A DNA stretch of 64,000 bases from Macrostomum hystrix (taxonomy: Eukaryota > Animalia > Platyhelminthes): positions 5,580,001 to 5,644,000 of the forward strand of contig CATNEN010000007.1 in assembly GCA_950097015.1 (NCBI GenBank), given 5' to 3'. The notes beneath the pieces were generated by a model. It had not been told where the DNA came from and did not search any database. It saw nothing but the letters and a program-made list of their open reading frames with translations. Shown here piece by piece: positions 51,429 through 63,772 of the stretch. Numbering within the stretch: the stretch's first letter is position 1; every line of letters begins with the position of its first letter. A program made the translations under genes and the position numbers.

Positions 51429-54400
51429 TTTCTATCTCCTTCTCACCCGTCTCACGCAACCTTAGACAGTTTTTATCTGGCCTGTCTCCAAAACTGGTAT
51501 TGTCGTATCTCGCGAGTATCGCATCGCATATCTTTCACGGTCCGTCGATTCTCTACTTCTCGTTTTGGCACGAAATTCCTGAAAGCAAGTAGAATCAAAT
51601 TGACAGCACTCGCGACACGCAAACACATTTCAACAGTCTGCCAGGGGTACTATTATCAGTATTGTATCTAGTTTGACAGCGCCAGCGCAACTTGACAGGT
51701 TGATGGACAGGCGATCGCTCTCAACCCGGTCCGAGGTTGTTGCCATATACGATTTCGCAACTGTAGCTGCACGATTTCGAAGAGAGCAAATTCACACACA
51801 CTGGCGCACACTTCCTGACTGCTGCACTGACTCGCTTTGCTTATCTGCTTCTTCTATTCAAATTTCGTCACTCTAATAGACTCTTCAGCTCTTGAATTTG
51901 TTTGCCCCAGGGTTTTTTGGTGGGTGTAAGAGTGGCTCGCACACACACACAAACAGAGAACAGCAGGTTCTCTCAGAGATGGCACGTTTTGCACAGAAGT
52001 TCTAGCAAAAGTTGCCTTTGTTTCGGCTTGATCTTCTATCGTCTTGTAGTGTAGGTATAGGCTTTGAAAATTTTAACGAGGACAAGCAAGGACCCACTCC
52101 TACAGTGCTCCTCCCCGCTGACTCGGCGGCGCACGCTCGCAAGCATTGTCAAGTGTTCATTTGAATCTACTGATCAAGCCCATAACAAAGCTACGGCTAC
52201 GGTGTCCTCCATAGTCTATGGCCCAGAGCGGCGCGCAGCTCGCCTAGGCGTGTTGTTGTTGCCAGTGTGGTGGCAAGACTGAAGAGCAGCCCCCCCTAGG
52301 GTCTGGGCAGTAGGAGGCGGGACAGGTTCTGCATGAAACCACCTGTTGCCTCTACCTGTGTCATTCAAAGCAATTTGCTTTACTACCATATTCACTTCCC
52401 TGTCCCTATAGAAATTGTAAGAAATAAATAAGGAGCCGCAAGCAGTGTGGGAGGAGCCGCGCAGTCCACTCCGTCATCACAGATCGTCACGCACCACTCA
52501 ATTATGAAGTTCTTCAGCTTTTTATGGCCGAAATTTGTTTAAATTTTGTTTGATTGACAGCTTATCTCACAATTCACTGACTAGACCAGTTTTCAACTTT
52601 GGCATTGAATTTAACAGTGAGTTTTTACAAAGTATTCGCTCTTATATTGGACGAAATCCACTCGCCACATTCTGTAAATGAAGATTGACGTCCCAAGCTG
52701 TATGATTGTTGACTTCATTAAGTAAAGAGAAGCACTCGCAATGCCAATTTAAAATATATAGACTTCAATGAAATGGTGGCACATGTAATCATCCCGGCAA
52801 CGCCCATGCCCACCACCTTGGGGCCAAAGGTAACCACTGCAAGTGTGTGGTTTTAATGCATCGAGAAACTGTACCAATCAGCTACGAGTAAATAGACAAA
52901 TCTCGAGTCCTGCAAACAGCGATTTTGCATCTCTAAACAGCCTCTCGTTTTGAAAACGCCGCAATAGTATCTGGCGATGGTGCATTGTGGGGAGGGTGGT
53001 TCGCGCGCCAAATGAAACAAATTGGATAAGAGATTTGCACCAAGCGCTCAGCCAGAATAGCCAGGACAATTTGAGGCCTTTGGCGGCAACCCGATAAGAT
53101 AAAGCGGGTTGGGGGGGAGAAAAATTGAGCACGCTCGACGGGATCCGCCGGCCCGCCTGCTCGGGAGGCTGCAAAGCTCAAACAAGACTCAAACACAGCG
53201 GACTGTTCGAGACCTGTACCCCCACGTAATAGAAAACTGACTTGTAACTAAGAGAGTTTCCCAAATCGAAGGGCCAACGGAATCCCAAAGCCGTCAGTCA
53301 CGCCTGGGAACACGCAAGCTTAAATCTGAGCTGAGCACGTAGCGCTCACAGCTCAGCCTGGGAACCAGAACTCATTCTTATCAACCAGTCTCTATGTAAA
53401 CTGTTTCATCCACTTAGCATTCTTCAATGCACAGTCGTTCCATTAAAAAAATATCAAATTATCCCACGTTTCAAATATAGTAAGACATCAAAGTGTCCTC
53501 TGAATTTGTCTCCCGTGCAAAATCCCCCCCGGTGGTTGATTTCGGTTTCATTCCGTCTATCGCCTTCGCTCCGCCCTTACACAACACGCACGCAACCCAG
53601 CAGGAAAATGACCAGCGGAGGTCGAGAAGAGTGACGGGTGTCCAAACCAGCTTCCCCTTCTGCTCCCGCCTCGGAGCCACTATCCGGCTGTCAATCTGGC
53701 CCGAGTAGCATCATCATGGACAGGCGACCCCCCCACGGGGTCCGACACCCTGCGACGCGCCAGGCAGCCACCGCGGGCTCCCGCTGCCAATCAGAGAGGC
53801 CCTCAACAATCTCCAGTCCTCCTTGAGCTGGGCTGCTGCATAGCTAGCGGGCTACTGACACCGTCCAAGATTTACTGACAGGCAGCTGTCAGTCAATGCG
53901 TTGCATCTGCTGTGCGCCCGCCTGCCTGACTGTCTGTCTCCGCATTTCTCTCCTGCCCCGGCACTAATTGCTAGCATCAGCGGGGACCCCCTCTTCAGGC
54001 CCTCCTAGCCAGCCAGCTCTCTCGCCATAGTCGTTGACTCCTGGCTGGCTGTTAAAGACACTCCCGACTGTCTTTAGACAAAAAGCACTGCCAACTGCGT
54101 TTAGAGGGCTGCTCAACTTGGAGAGTGAGAATCTTCTCCACCTCTGAGTTGGTAGGAAATTAGCTTTGCTTGCATTTTATTTTGACCAAAATGATAGAAA
54201 TGACTTAAAACCTGTCTTTTAATAGACCATCTAAAGCAAACCTAACCATTCAGTTTGGCAGGCTCTCACAGCAGAGTGAGGACGCAATCTCTATATTCAC
54301 AGATTCAATATAAAGATAGCAGATCATATGAGCCTTATCTTCATAGCAGTTTGCTTAACTAAATAACATATTTAGCTGGATTCGAAATTAAAAATGCACA

Positions 54401-54518
54401 AGTCGCATTATCCGGATAGCCACATGGTTATTTAAGTTTAGAAATTTCGTAGGTTTGTTTTAATGAGTTATAAAGCTCGATTGCTTAAAAACCCGTCTTT
54501 TTGATTTCGTCTGTTACA

Positions 54519-54886
54519 AAAGCCTGTCAATGTCTGTTCTGAAAGCCTGTCAATCTGTCTGTTCTGAAAGCCTGTCAATCTGTCTGTTCTGAAAGCCTGT
54601 TAATCTGTCTGTTCTGAAAGCCTGTCAATCTGTCTGTTCTGAAAGCCTGTCAATCTGTCTGTTCTGAAAGCCTGTCAATCTGTCTGTTCTGAAAGCCTGT
54701 CAATCTGTCTGTTCTGAAAGCCAGTCAATCTGTCTGTTCTGAAAGCCAGTCAATCTGTCTGTTCTGAAAGCCAGTCAATCTGTCTGTTCTGAAAGCCTGT
54801 TAATCTGTCTGTTCTGAAAGCCAGTCAATCTGTCTGTTCTGAAAGCCTGTTAATCTGTCTGTTCTGAAAGCCAGTCAATGTGTCTG
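54519..54886. repeat. 25-bp minisatellite (aaagcctgtcaatctgtctgttctg)
   Basis: Tandem units. Confidence 0.93.
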
Positions 54887-55907
54887 CTCTAAATTGTGTC
54901 ATAAAACAGTAAAAAAATACAGTTGTAAGATAAGCTTCAGTTATTTATGTTAATTAAACGCAATATATTTAGAAGCATGATTCAAGAAAGATTCTAAAGC
55001 TGTGTTCTTTAGAACGTTAGCGAGGAGATCAGCTGTGCATTGCACAGTGCAGTCACGATTTGTCTATGGTAAAAGCTAGCAGAACCGCAGAGCCAGTGTG
55101 TGCTATCTAGTGCTATATATGACTCGGATAAAAATCACGTGGTACCGAGTATAGACTGAGACGAAAAAAGCGCATGCATATAGTCAACAAAAGTGACCAT
55201 TTCTTCAGCCAAAAAATTATTTGCATACTACTGGCGTTTAGGCTAATAAGTAGTGCAGCTGATGTAAAACATTTTTTTCTGGCGAAAAACTTTAAATAGA
55301 TAGAAAACTCGCGATCTTCTTATTGCACTACTTATTAACAGTTTAGCAGAAACGGGTGAACAAATTGACTGAAAAGAGAACTAACAGAAAAACATAAAAA
55401 GGAAATAATAAATAAAAACTTAATATTGCAGGAAACATTTATGACTATCAAATGATTTGTTTCAGGCAGCAAGTAAACAAAAAGCAGCAAGATACTACTC
55501 ATAAAAGTTAAGTAGTACGCAGCAAGAGGCGGTGGCACAGCCCTAACAAATAAACAAGCAGGCATGGAATGGATATCTTGGAAATAGCATATACACATAG
55601 GAATTTATATATTCGAAGTAACAAATATTGCACTGAGAAAATATAAAACGACAAAATTGGGAATGTAATCGTAAATTGCGCAGATTGAAATCAGTTGAAG
55701 TGACTCAGAGAGACAGACAGTAGCGATAGTTTTGGCAATAAGCCTGTCATCAAAGCTTTTGTTTAATAATAGCTAGATTGCTATGCATAGAAATGGCAGC
55801 ACGACCAGGAAAAGCGTTTAGTAAAGTTACTTTTTTAAAATTGCTACGAAAAACGCAAAGTACATGTACAAAAGTACAGCTCCGGAGTCATTAATAAATC
55901 AATTGTC

Positions 55908-58900
55908 TCAGACAACCAGGTGATTAAGCATTCGGTCCGGATCCAGCGCGGTGTACAGGTACACGGGATCCCGGTTGCCATTCCGAGACTTAATGGTGCC
56001 ACTGGCGGCTGCGAGCTCTTCCTTGAATCTGCGGGAGTGGCCGGGTGGTGAGCATTCTTGGACTTGGCGGAAAAAAAACAATCAAACTGACAGCCCGCTA
56101 AAAGTACATCAAATGTGAAGTGAGACTCGCTAGTTTATTAACTTAGCTTAGTCACGCGAAGAGGCCACACACATTTGATGAATGTGAGCACATGCGTGAG
56201 TGTGTGCCCGCGTACAGTATCTGTGTGCGTGTGTGCTCAGGAGTCAGCGGAATGGGCAGAATTGCCTGCCCGCTGGCTGCGGGTCTACTGCCACCAAATG
56301 TTGTACCAGTGCCCGCAGCCCTCGTGCAAATATTATTATAGTGAGCTACGTATCGACCCCTATGTCATGGGTCTGTCCTCTGTTTGTCTGACGTCAGTTT
56401 CTATTATTAGAAAGTCACGTGACTCCATCCTTCCCATTTTTATGCGCTACCAGGCTACAAAGGGTTGCTATTTGAGTGTGAGGCAAATCACCCTGACCGC
56501 AGTGCGATGATCTTATAAAACTTTCTGGTGGCAGCTCGAGCACTATCTTACTACTGTTAGTACTAGTCGGAATTCGATTCCCAGGCTTCAGCTTGAAGCA
56601 GGTCATCTCACAATTTGGTTAATCTCTGTTCGAAAATGCCAAGCACTTTCGTGAGATGCCAATGCTCTTTGTGAGATACAAAAGAGCATTTGAGCAGACC
56701 GGCAACACTGGCGAGTCATGAGCTGGGTCAAGTCTGCTGATTTTTAAACTTTAATACAATCTAAGAAAGTTGGTCATTTAAACAAACAAGGGCTTAAATT
56801 AATGAGGAAAAATTGTCCCTAATGAAAACGTAGTTGACTGGCGGCAGTTTAATTTTTTATTTATATAGGTAGGACATAATCAAGCAGGTAGGATGTAATC
56901 TAATGTCTAATGTTCCCATTTGAACCTCGAATGATTTCGTCTCGAAATCAGTGAATGTCATACAAGTAATTTTTATTAGGTAAATCCTGATAAAGGTTTT
57001 GTAATAGACTGACTGTAATCAGCCATTAGTGAGTCGATCAATCAAGAGGTGCTCAAAGAGCACGAGACAGCGACTCGTGGAGAAGGCCGATCTCGCGTAT
57101 GCTTTAGACTCGCGTTGACCCCAGTTTGCTATGAGTTGAGCAGACCGGCAACACTGGCGAGTCCTAACCTGGGTCTCGTTAACCCATTCTCATTTGGTAT
57201 CAAAGCTAGAAAAGCAATCAAAATCAAATAATTTAGTAGCAAACTAGATGGAATTGCTATGACCCCATGACTATAAATTCAGCTCATTGTGATCGTCATT
57301 CAACGATTTTTAATTACTTATTTCGTGTCTCGAAGGAATCGTTAAGGGAGGTCGCAGAAATATTAACTCGTCTCTTTGCCAAATCCTGTTAAATTTTTTT
57401 CGCAGAAACAAACAAATTAGCGAGTTTGGCATTCTTTTCAACAGTCAAGATAAATATCGGAAAGTACATTTATACTCGTATATTAAGATATTTAGCAGGA
57501 CGTGAAAGTACATTACTGTAATCAGCCGTTAGTGAGTCGTTCAGCCAAGAGGCGCTCAATGAGCACAAGGGCTGCGACTCGTGGAGAAGGCCGATCTTAC
57601 GCGTTCTATAGACTCGCGTTGACTCCAGTCTGCTATAGCAATGTTGAGCAGACCAGAAACACAGGCAAGTCAGTTAAAGGTTTAGTTAAGACTGTTCAGG
57701 ATAGGTACAGAACATTACTCGTAGAATAAGAAATCCTAATTTTCGTAACGTGCACTGAAAGAAACAATTGATTGATATACGAGTACTTCAGTGCACAAAG
57801 CTAAACCACAGCTCTTAGGCAAGCACTTAGATTTACTCACTCTTGCAGCATCTTGATTGCGGCCGGGTCATAGTTCAACTGCAAGTCGTACTCGCCCAGT
57901 CGACCGCCGCGCTGTCGCTGACACAGCCTGAAGGACAGCAGCGTGTCCAGGAACTCGCGCTTGCAGGGCAGAGTTTGCAGGCTCTCCTCCGGCGGAAGGT
58001 CCTCCTGATATGGTTGATAAGGCGATCAGACTGGCGTGTTCACACCTAGTCAAGATCATCTCTGTTCCCCACCCCAACCCCCGTCCCCACTGGTAGCCAC
58101 CCCAATCCCGATTGTACCCACTAGCACCCACCCCAATCCATACTGTTCTTAGTTACACCCATCCCAATCCTCCTGTTCCTCTGATACCAACGCACTCTAA
58201 TCCCACGGTTCCAACCATAGATAAATAGACACTAGATATGTAATTTGCGAAAAATGCGTTTGTCTACTTCTCAGTAGCACAATTTGCGTTTTTTGTCTTT
58301 AAAAGGGTTAGAAATAAAATGTAAAAAAATAGAGAGAAAGTGGAGTCAATTAATTTATTGTTGTGTTTGAATTTTACATCGATGATTACTATTATTAACT
58401 AGTTGACATTTTGATTTAACAAACAGCACACAAACCGCACAGCAGTAGCTCGCAGGCCACGAATTTTTTTGTGGATACTGATGCCCAGACTCCGCATATG
58501 CTTGCTATGCCGCAGATTGAGTGACATATCTTATGTATTCTAGTATTTGTGGTTCCAACAATCACCGATCCCAATCACACCATTTTCACCCCAATCCCTA
58601 CTGTTGCGAATGACACCCACCTAATCCCTTGTTTTCACTGACACCCAGCTCAATCCCCAGTTCCCACTGACAACCACCCCAGGCCAAATCCCTACTGTTC
58701 CGAATGACACCCACCCCAATCCTCCTGTTCTCACTGACACTCACCCCAATCCCCCTGTTCTCACTGACACCCACCCCAGGCCAAATCCCTACTGTTCCGA
58801 ATGACACCCACCCCAGGCCCAATCCCTACTGTTCCGAATGACACCCACCCCAGGCCCAATCCCTACTTTTCTCAATGATATCCACCCCAATCCTCCTGTT

Positions 58901-61900
58901 CTCACTGACGCTCACCCCAATCCCCCTGTTCTCACTGACACCCACCCCAGGCCAAATCCCTACTGTTCCGAATGACAACCACCCCAGGCCCAATCCCTAC
59001 TGTTCTCAATGATATCCACCCCAATCCTCCTGTTCTCACTGACGCTCACCCCAATCCCCCTGTTCTCACTGACGCTCACCCCAATCCCCCTGTTCTCACT
59101 GACACCCACCCCAATCCCCCTGTTTCACTGACACCACCCCAATCCCCCTGTTCTCACTGACACTCACCCCAATCCCCCTGTTCTCACTGACACCCACCCC
59201 AATCCCCCTGTTCTCACTGACACCCACCCCAATCCCCCTGTTCTCACTGACACCCACCCCAATCCCCCTGTTCTCACTGACACTCACCCCAATCCCCATG
59301 TTCTCACTCACACCCGCCCCAATCCCCTGTTCTCACTGACACCCGCTCACATCCTCCTCGCCTCCACTCACCGCAGGATCCTGCGGCAGGCAGCCGTGTA
59401 GAGCTAGCGGGTAATTAGGCGGAAATCCATACTCATCAAATTGGGGATTCCAGGCCGCTGATCCCTGTACGCAGATCATAAACAGCAGGTTAGTGAGCAG
59501 TGGCACCAGCTCATCAACGTGTTGAATGCCGCCTTTGCCAGGCAAGCCTTTGAGGCCGAGGCCGCCCTTCTCCATCGGGTTGGTCATCTCCACCCACCAG
59601 GCCTGCAGCTCAATGTCCTCCATTAGGCGGCGCTTCATAGCCTCCATGGGGTTGGCGTAGTAGTAGCGGGCGAGACGGTCGCTGTAGCCGTTGATCACCT
59701 TGTGCAGTAGCATGGCGTCCTCGCTGAATTGGTTGCGGGTGGAGAACTGGCATGATGAAAAATACATTACATCTGACAGACAAACTACCTACAGCTTCAG
59801 CAAATTATTTCAGAGACAAATATAGCTATGCGCAAAAGACACGCACCGATAAGGATAGCCTGGAAGCACGCTTGAGTCATAAACTCCTCTGGACTCCAGC
59901 TCTCTGTAGATGTTGACTTGCTGATCAAATCGCCAGCCCTTGTAGGCCTTCTTAAGCAGCTGCCTAATGCCCTTCCTGGATAGTTGAATATTCTGTCCAA
60001 TCCAGCCGCTGTCGCTAAAGAACCAGTCCTTCAGACGGGCATTCACAGCTAGCAGGTGCTGGAAGTGAGGAGCCAAAGCCTGATAGATCGGGTGACTCTG
60101 GGCCAGGTTTTTGCGCATAGCAACATAGACGCCCTCCAGGATGAGGTGATGCATGAGCCGGTGCACAACCATGTGATAACAGGAGTCGGCTAGGTTGAAC
60201 CACAGCTTGGCGTGCAGCCAGGCGTGCGGACTGTCAGTGGGCATAATGACGGGAGTGCCTGGGCCAACGCTCTGATTCAGCTGAATAGCCAGTGGCACCA
60301 GCTGCAGTCGTTCGGTCCAGAAGAACAGTGCCATCGGGGAGCAGAACTGGCGACCGTTCTTGCACTCGACACCTTCCATGATGGCGTAGTCGACTATGAA
60401 CAGGCGCCTCGCATCCAGGATGTGCTGCAGACTCCAGCCCTCCAGGTGCGGCTTCAGCCATTCGACAGCCACGCCAAAATTATCCGGTATGGCCTTGCAG
60501 ACCCGGATAACAAACGGATTGCAGCCGCGAAGGCGTTGCGCTCCGAATGTTACATCTAGCTCCTGGGATGTAGGAGACCAGCGCTGCACAGACAGGGGCT
60601 CGGTTATGCTGTACGTCCTGGCAGGGTAGAAGGATGCAATTTTAAATGCATTTCTAGTCACTCGCGATTGCGAGACTTCGAAAACTGCTTACTAACAGTA
60701 GCGAGTGTTGAAGAATTTGACACTGCTCACTAACAGTAGCGAGTGTTAAAAGAATTTGAAAACTGCCTACTAACAGTAGCGAGTGTTAAAGAATTTGAAA
60801 CTGCTCACAACAGTAGCGAGTGTTGAAGATTTGACAGATTTGACACTGCTCACTAACTAGCAGTGGCGAGTGTTAAAAGAATTTGAAAACTGCCTACTAA
60901 CAGTAGCGAGTGTTAAATACGAATAGACATTAGTAGATGTACTAATAGACAAATAATTAAGCGAATTCAAACGTACAAAATAAACTCACCGATAATAGTT
61001 AAGCATCTCGTCGAAGCTGGCAAAATGGTCCACACTGGCGTAGTGCACATCCAAGCCTTTGCTGAGAATGATCTCATCCTTGGTCCGCTCAATAGTCCAG
61101 CGATTGTCAAACGTGAACGTCTCGTCCAGTGGCACAGACTGCAGCTCCAGCGGCAGGCCGGCCATTCGCTGATAAAGCTGAAAATTGTTCCTGCGCTCAG
61201 TGAGCTCAGCAATGCGCTCATCCGGCATGGGATCGTCGGCCGGTAGGAAGGACTCGCAGTCATGGGCGAAATAATGACGATCCGGGTGAATCCACCGGTG
61301 CAAGGGGAAGTATGAGTACAGCCACTTGCCTCCGATGCCCTGGCGACGGTCCCTTTATAGGTTCAGATTTGGAGTACAAAATTATTTTTTGTGCAGGGAA
61401 ACAGAATAGGGATTTAAAGAATTACGGACTCGTGGTGCGATGGGATTTAGAGGGTCAAGGGAGGGGGTCGGTGGCAGAGCGGTTAACGCATTTGCCTCTC
61501 GCACCAATGTCTCTGAGCTCAATTTCGCAGCGAGGCCACATTTATTTGGGGCGCAGCCGCGGAGAGAAGGCTTTGGGGGCTTGTCCTGCAATTTACGCCC
61601 TTGAGTGCCAACCTCCAAGGCAGTGAGAGTGTACATTGCCTGACGATGAGAAAGTCAGAGCAGATGGACACACCTGTGTGAGCGTGTGCCTGCGTATTGT
61701 ACCTGAGTGTGCGTGTGCTCAGGGGTCAGCGAAATGGACAGAATAGTCTTCTCGCTGGCTGCAGGTCTAGTGTCACCAAATGATGTTCCAGTGCCCGCAG
61801 CCCTCCCACAATTATTATTATTATTATTATTATCGTAAATTTTAACAGCTCTGGTTCAGCTTTAAGGAATAAATAAAAGTTAGAAAAATTCTAAGGATAG

Positions 61901-62305
61901 CTGTGTAGCACGCGATGTTGGCAGTAAATAAACTCAGTGAAGTGATGAGATAGTTTTAATATCTACAAACAGTTTCACACAAGCCGAGCAGCCGCGAGAT
62001 CATCACCTCACAATAACCTTCTCGCAGAACCAGTCAAAGTCAACTCCGGATGCGTCGCGCCAGAACTCAATCTTGTGCACCTTGCCGAAGCCTTTGCGGC
62101 ACCAGCTGGCCTGCGGTATGGTGAACTTATCTCGCACGCTGCCATCTTCCTCTTGAAAGAATGCGTTGCTAAGGGAGAAGGCCGGGGACGCATTGCCCTC
62201 CTTGTCGTACATGTGCAGAGTCACCGTGGGCCCCTGGTCCGCCACTTTGTAGTCTGATGTGACCGAGCAGATTTCAAATGCAATCTTGGACGACTTCGAG
62301 CCCAT
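55908..62305 (-). CDS. PLAT + lipoxygenase-domain protein (ALOX/AOS-LOX-like), 6 exons, about 689 aa; probable pseudo-enzyme
   Basis: Exons 62305-62007, 61352-60990, 60617-59847, 59723-59372, 58004-57841 and 56028-55908 join in frame with GT/AG ends. PLAT motifs WFCEKV and YFPLHRWI; LOX motifs QRLRGCNP, PLAIQL, WLHAKLW, HPIYQALAPH, YPYREDA, DIELQAW, PPNYP. Confidence 0.88.
56187..56340 (+). mobile_element. SINE family A, 3' fragment, in the last lipoxygenase intron
   Basis: gtgtgctcaggagtcagcggaatgggcagaattgcc...cagccctc followed by tattatta. Confidence 0.75.
56690..56718 (-). pseudogene. Truncated third copy (5' arm only) of the H/ACA snoRNA
   Basis: ttgagcagaccggcaacactggcgagtc is identical to the 5' end of copy A; the rest is absent. 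Confidence 0.55.
57011..57165 (-). ncRNA. Box H/ACA snoRNA, copy A (predicted guide for 18S rRNA pseudouridines equivalent to human U1248 and U1347)
   Basis: Hairpin, H box AAAGCA (57105-57100), hairpin, ACA (57016-57014) plus 3 nt. Pockets GUGUU/GUCAA and CUCCAC/ACUAA lie 14 nt from their boxes. Intronic and sense to the host gene. Confidence 0.8.
57514..57673 (-). ncRNA. Box H/ACA snoRNA, copy B (same predicted targets)
   Basis: H box ATAGAA (57609-57604), ACA (57519-57517). Guide pockets are conserved with copy A while loops and upper stems diverge. Confidence 0.82.
58216..58551. mobile_element. Non-autonomous DNA element (MITE) with 8-bp TSD, P/hAT-like
   Basis: Exact direct repeat gttccaac at 58208-58215 and 58552-58559. 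Imperfect termini CATAGATA...TATTTGTG. The AT-rich body interrupts a C-rich intronic repeat. Confidence 0.6.
58560..59345. repeat. ~30-bp C-rich minisatellite in lipoxygenase intron 4
   Basis: cacccaccccaatccccctgttctcactga units. Confidence 0.9.
60680..60917. repeat. ~40-bp degenerate tandem repeat in lipoxygenase intron 2
   Basis: actaacagtagcgagtgttaaaagaatttg recurs about 6 times. Confidence 0.85.
61463..61833 (+). mobile_element. tRNA-derived SINE family A, full-length, in lipoxygenase intron 1
   Basis: A box TGGCAGAGCGG, shared body (ctgacgatgagaaagtcag...gtctagtgtcaccaaatgatg), (ATT)n tail. Confidence 0.8.
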
Positions 62306-63394
62306 GGCACCGCAGCTGTACAGGTCAGAGAATCTAGTTAGGGAGCAGCATTCATGTTTATCTGTAATATTATGTACAACAATCTTTGAGAAGGATGAGA
62401 CTGCATCAAAGACTGCTACAGATTCGGTGGGCAATAACCAATGGTCTACTATTGGATAGCTTGGCTTAGGGTAAGTAGATGTGGGGTTGGCAATTGGCTT
62501 GCCACCAAACAATATGGCAATAGATTTTTTTGGGGAATAGCCCTAAAGTCATCTTCAATTCTTCAAAATGTTTATCTGCATCATCAAAACATTCCCATAG
62601 CCTATGTACATCCCAATCCTTGCGAAACGCTAACAAAACAAGGTTATCAAAACAATGTTGGCAAAGACTAGCTATATAGTACCTTGCTAACTTGGATACT
62701 GTTTCCTTGGTGAAAGGTCACAGTGTGTTTGCCCATCCCACCTTTCTGCTAACAAATCTATATTTTACATTGTACATTGTAGTTAAATATAAAGGAAGAA
62801 CTGCCAACTAGGCAGCTCCTCCCATATCTTCTTTCCCACTCACCCTGCAAGCAAGGCCTGAGCCTCAACTGGGCTGCAAGCAAGAATACAGCCCAGAACA
62901 CAATGTTGTGACTCCATGGTCATCTTAGCTAATAGGCTGAAGGAAACAAAATGTCAAGTGTTTCACTTGGACATACTACTGTTTACACCCTAGGCATGCA
63001 CTATTTAGATGCTGGGTCTTAGCCCTAAAGCCACAGCTGCCTGTTCTGCCCTGCCTTTCTGTCTATGTCCTTAAGAGCTCCTTGACCTTAGTTTCTATGT
63101 GTTTATCCAACCATTTACCTAAATCAATATAGTTAGATCTGTTCATACACAGATTAAGTATTGATCATACATTCATAGATTACATTTATTGATTTGTTTA
63201 AATGAACAAATGAACAGCATATAAAGTGTAAACTCCTGTCATTTCCTATTCTATCTCTTAAATCAAGTCATATACTTGATAGCTACAGAAGAGTAGTACA
63301 GTATACATGTAACTCACAGAAATTAAGATGTGTAGTTTGCACTGCATTGTAATGTCAACCTTACTGTTACCCTTACACATTACCCTACAGTGAA

Positions 63395-63772
63395 GCTAGC
63401 AGTTTTCACCACACTGTTTACAACCTGTTAAAAAACTGCACTGTTTAAAAACCTCATTTCAGGCTTGGACCATGCGGTGGACTATGTCATGGACTATGCC
63501 GAATTTTCTGTACTGTTTGAAAAGCCACGTCCACTGCATAGTCCAAGCCTGGAATAATCGAGGATTTTTAAACAGTGCGGTAAATTCAGCATAGTTCACA
63601 GCATAGTGAAAGCCTAAAATGAGGTTCTTTAAACAGTGTGGTAAATTGCGTATAGTCCACTGTATAGTCCACTGCATAGTCCACTGTATAGTCCACTGCA
63701 TAGTCCACCATGCGGTAGACATTAAAATGCGGTAAAGTTAGCAGTTTTTACCGCGTGGTAAAATGTCGCTAA
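63395..63772. repeat. Foldback/MITE-like repeat with internal inverted repeats and 13-bp tandem units (catagtccactgy)
   Basis: aggcttggaccatgcggtggac (from 63461) is inverted at about 63529-63550; terminal hairpin at 63737-63772. Confidence 0.5.

Noticed and set aside
57275-57350. Possible box C/D snoRNA between the two H/ACA copies
   Set aside because: TGACGA and CTGA are too close together, and no terminal stem or rRNA complement was identified.
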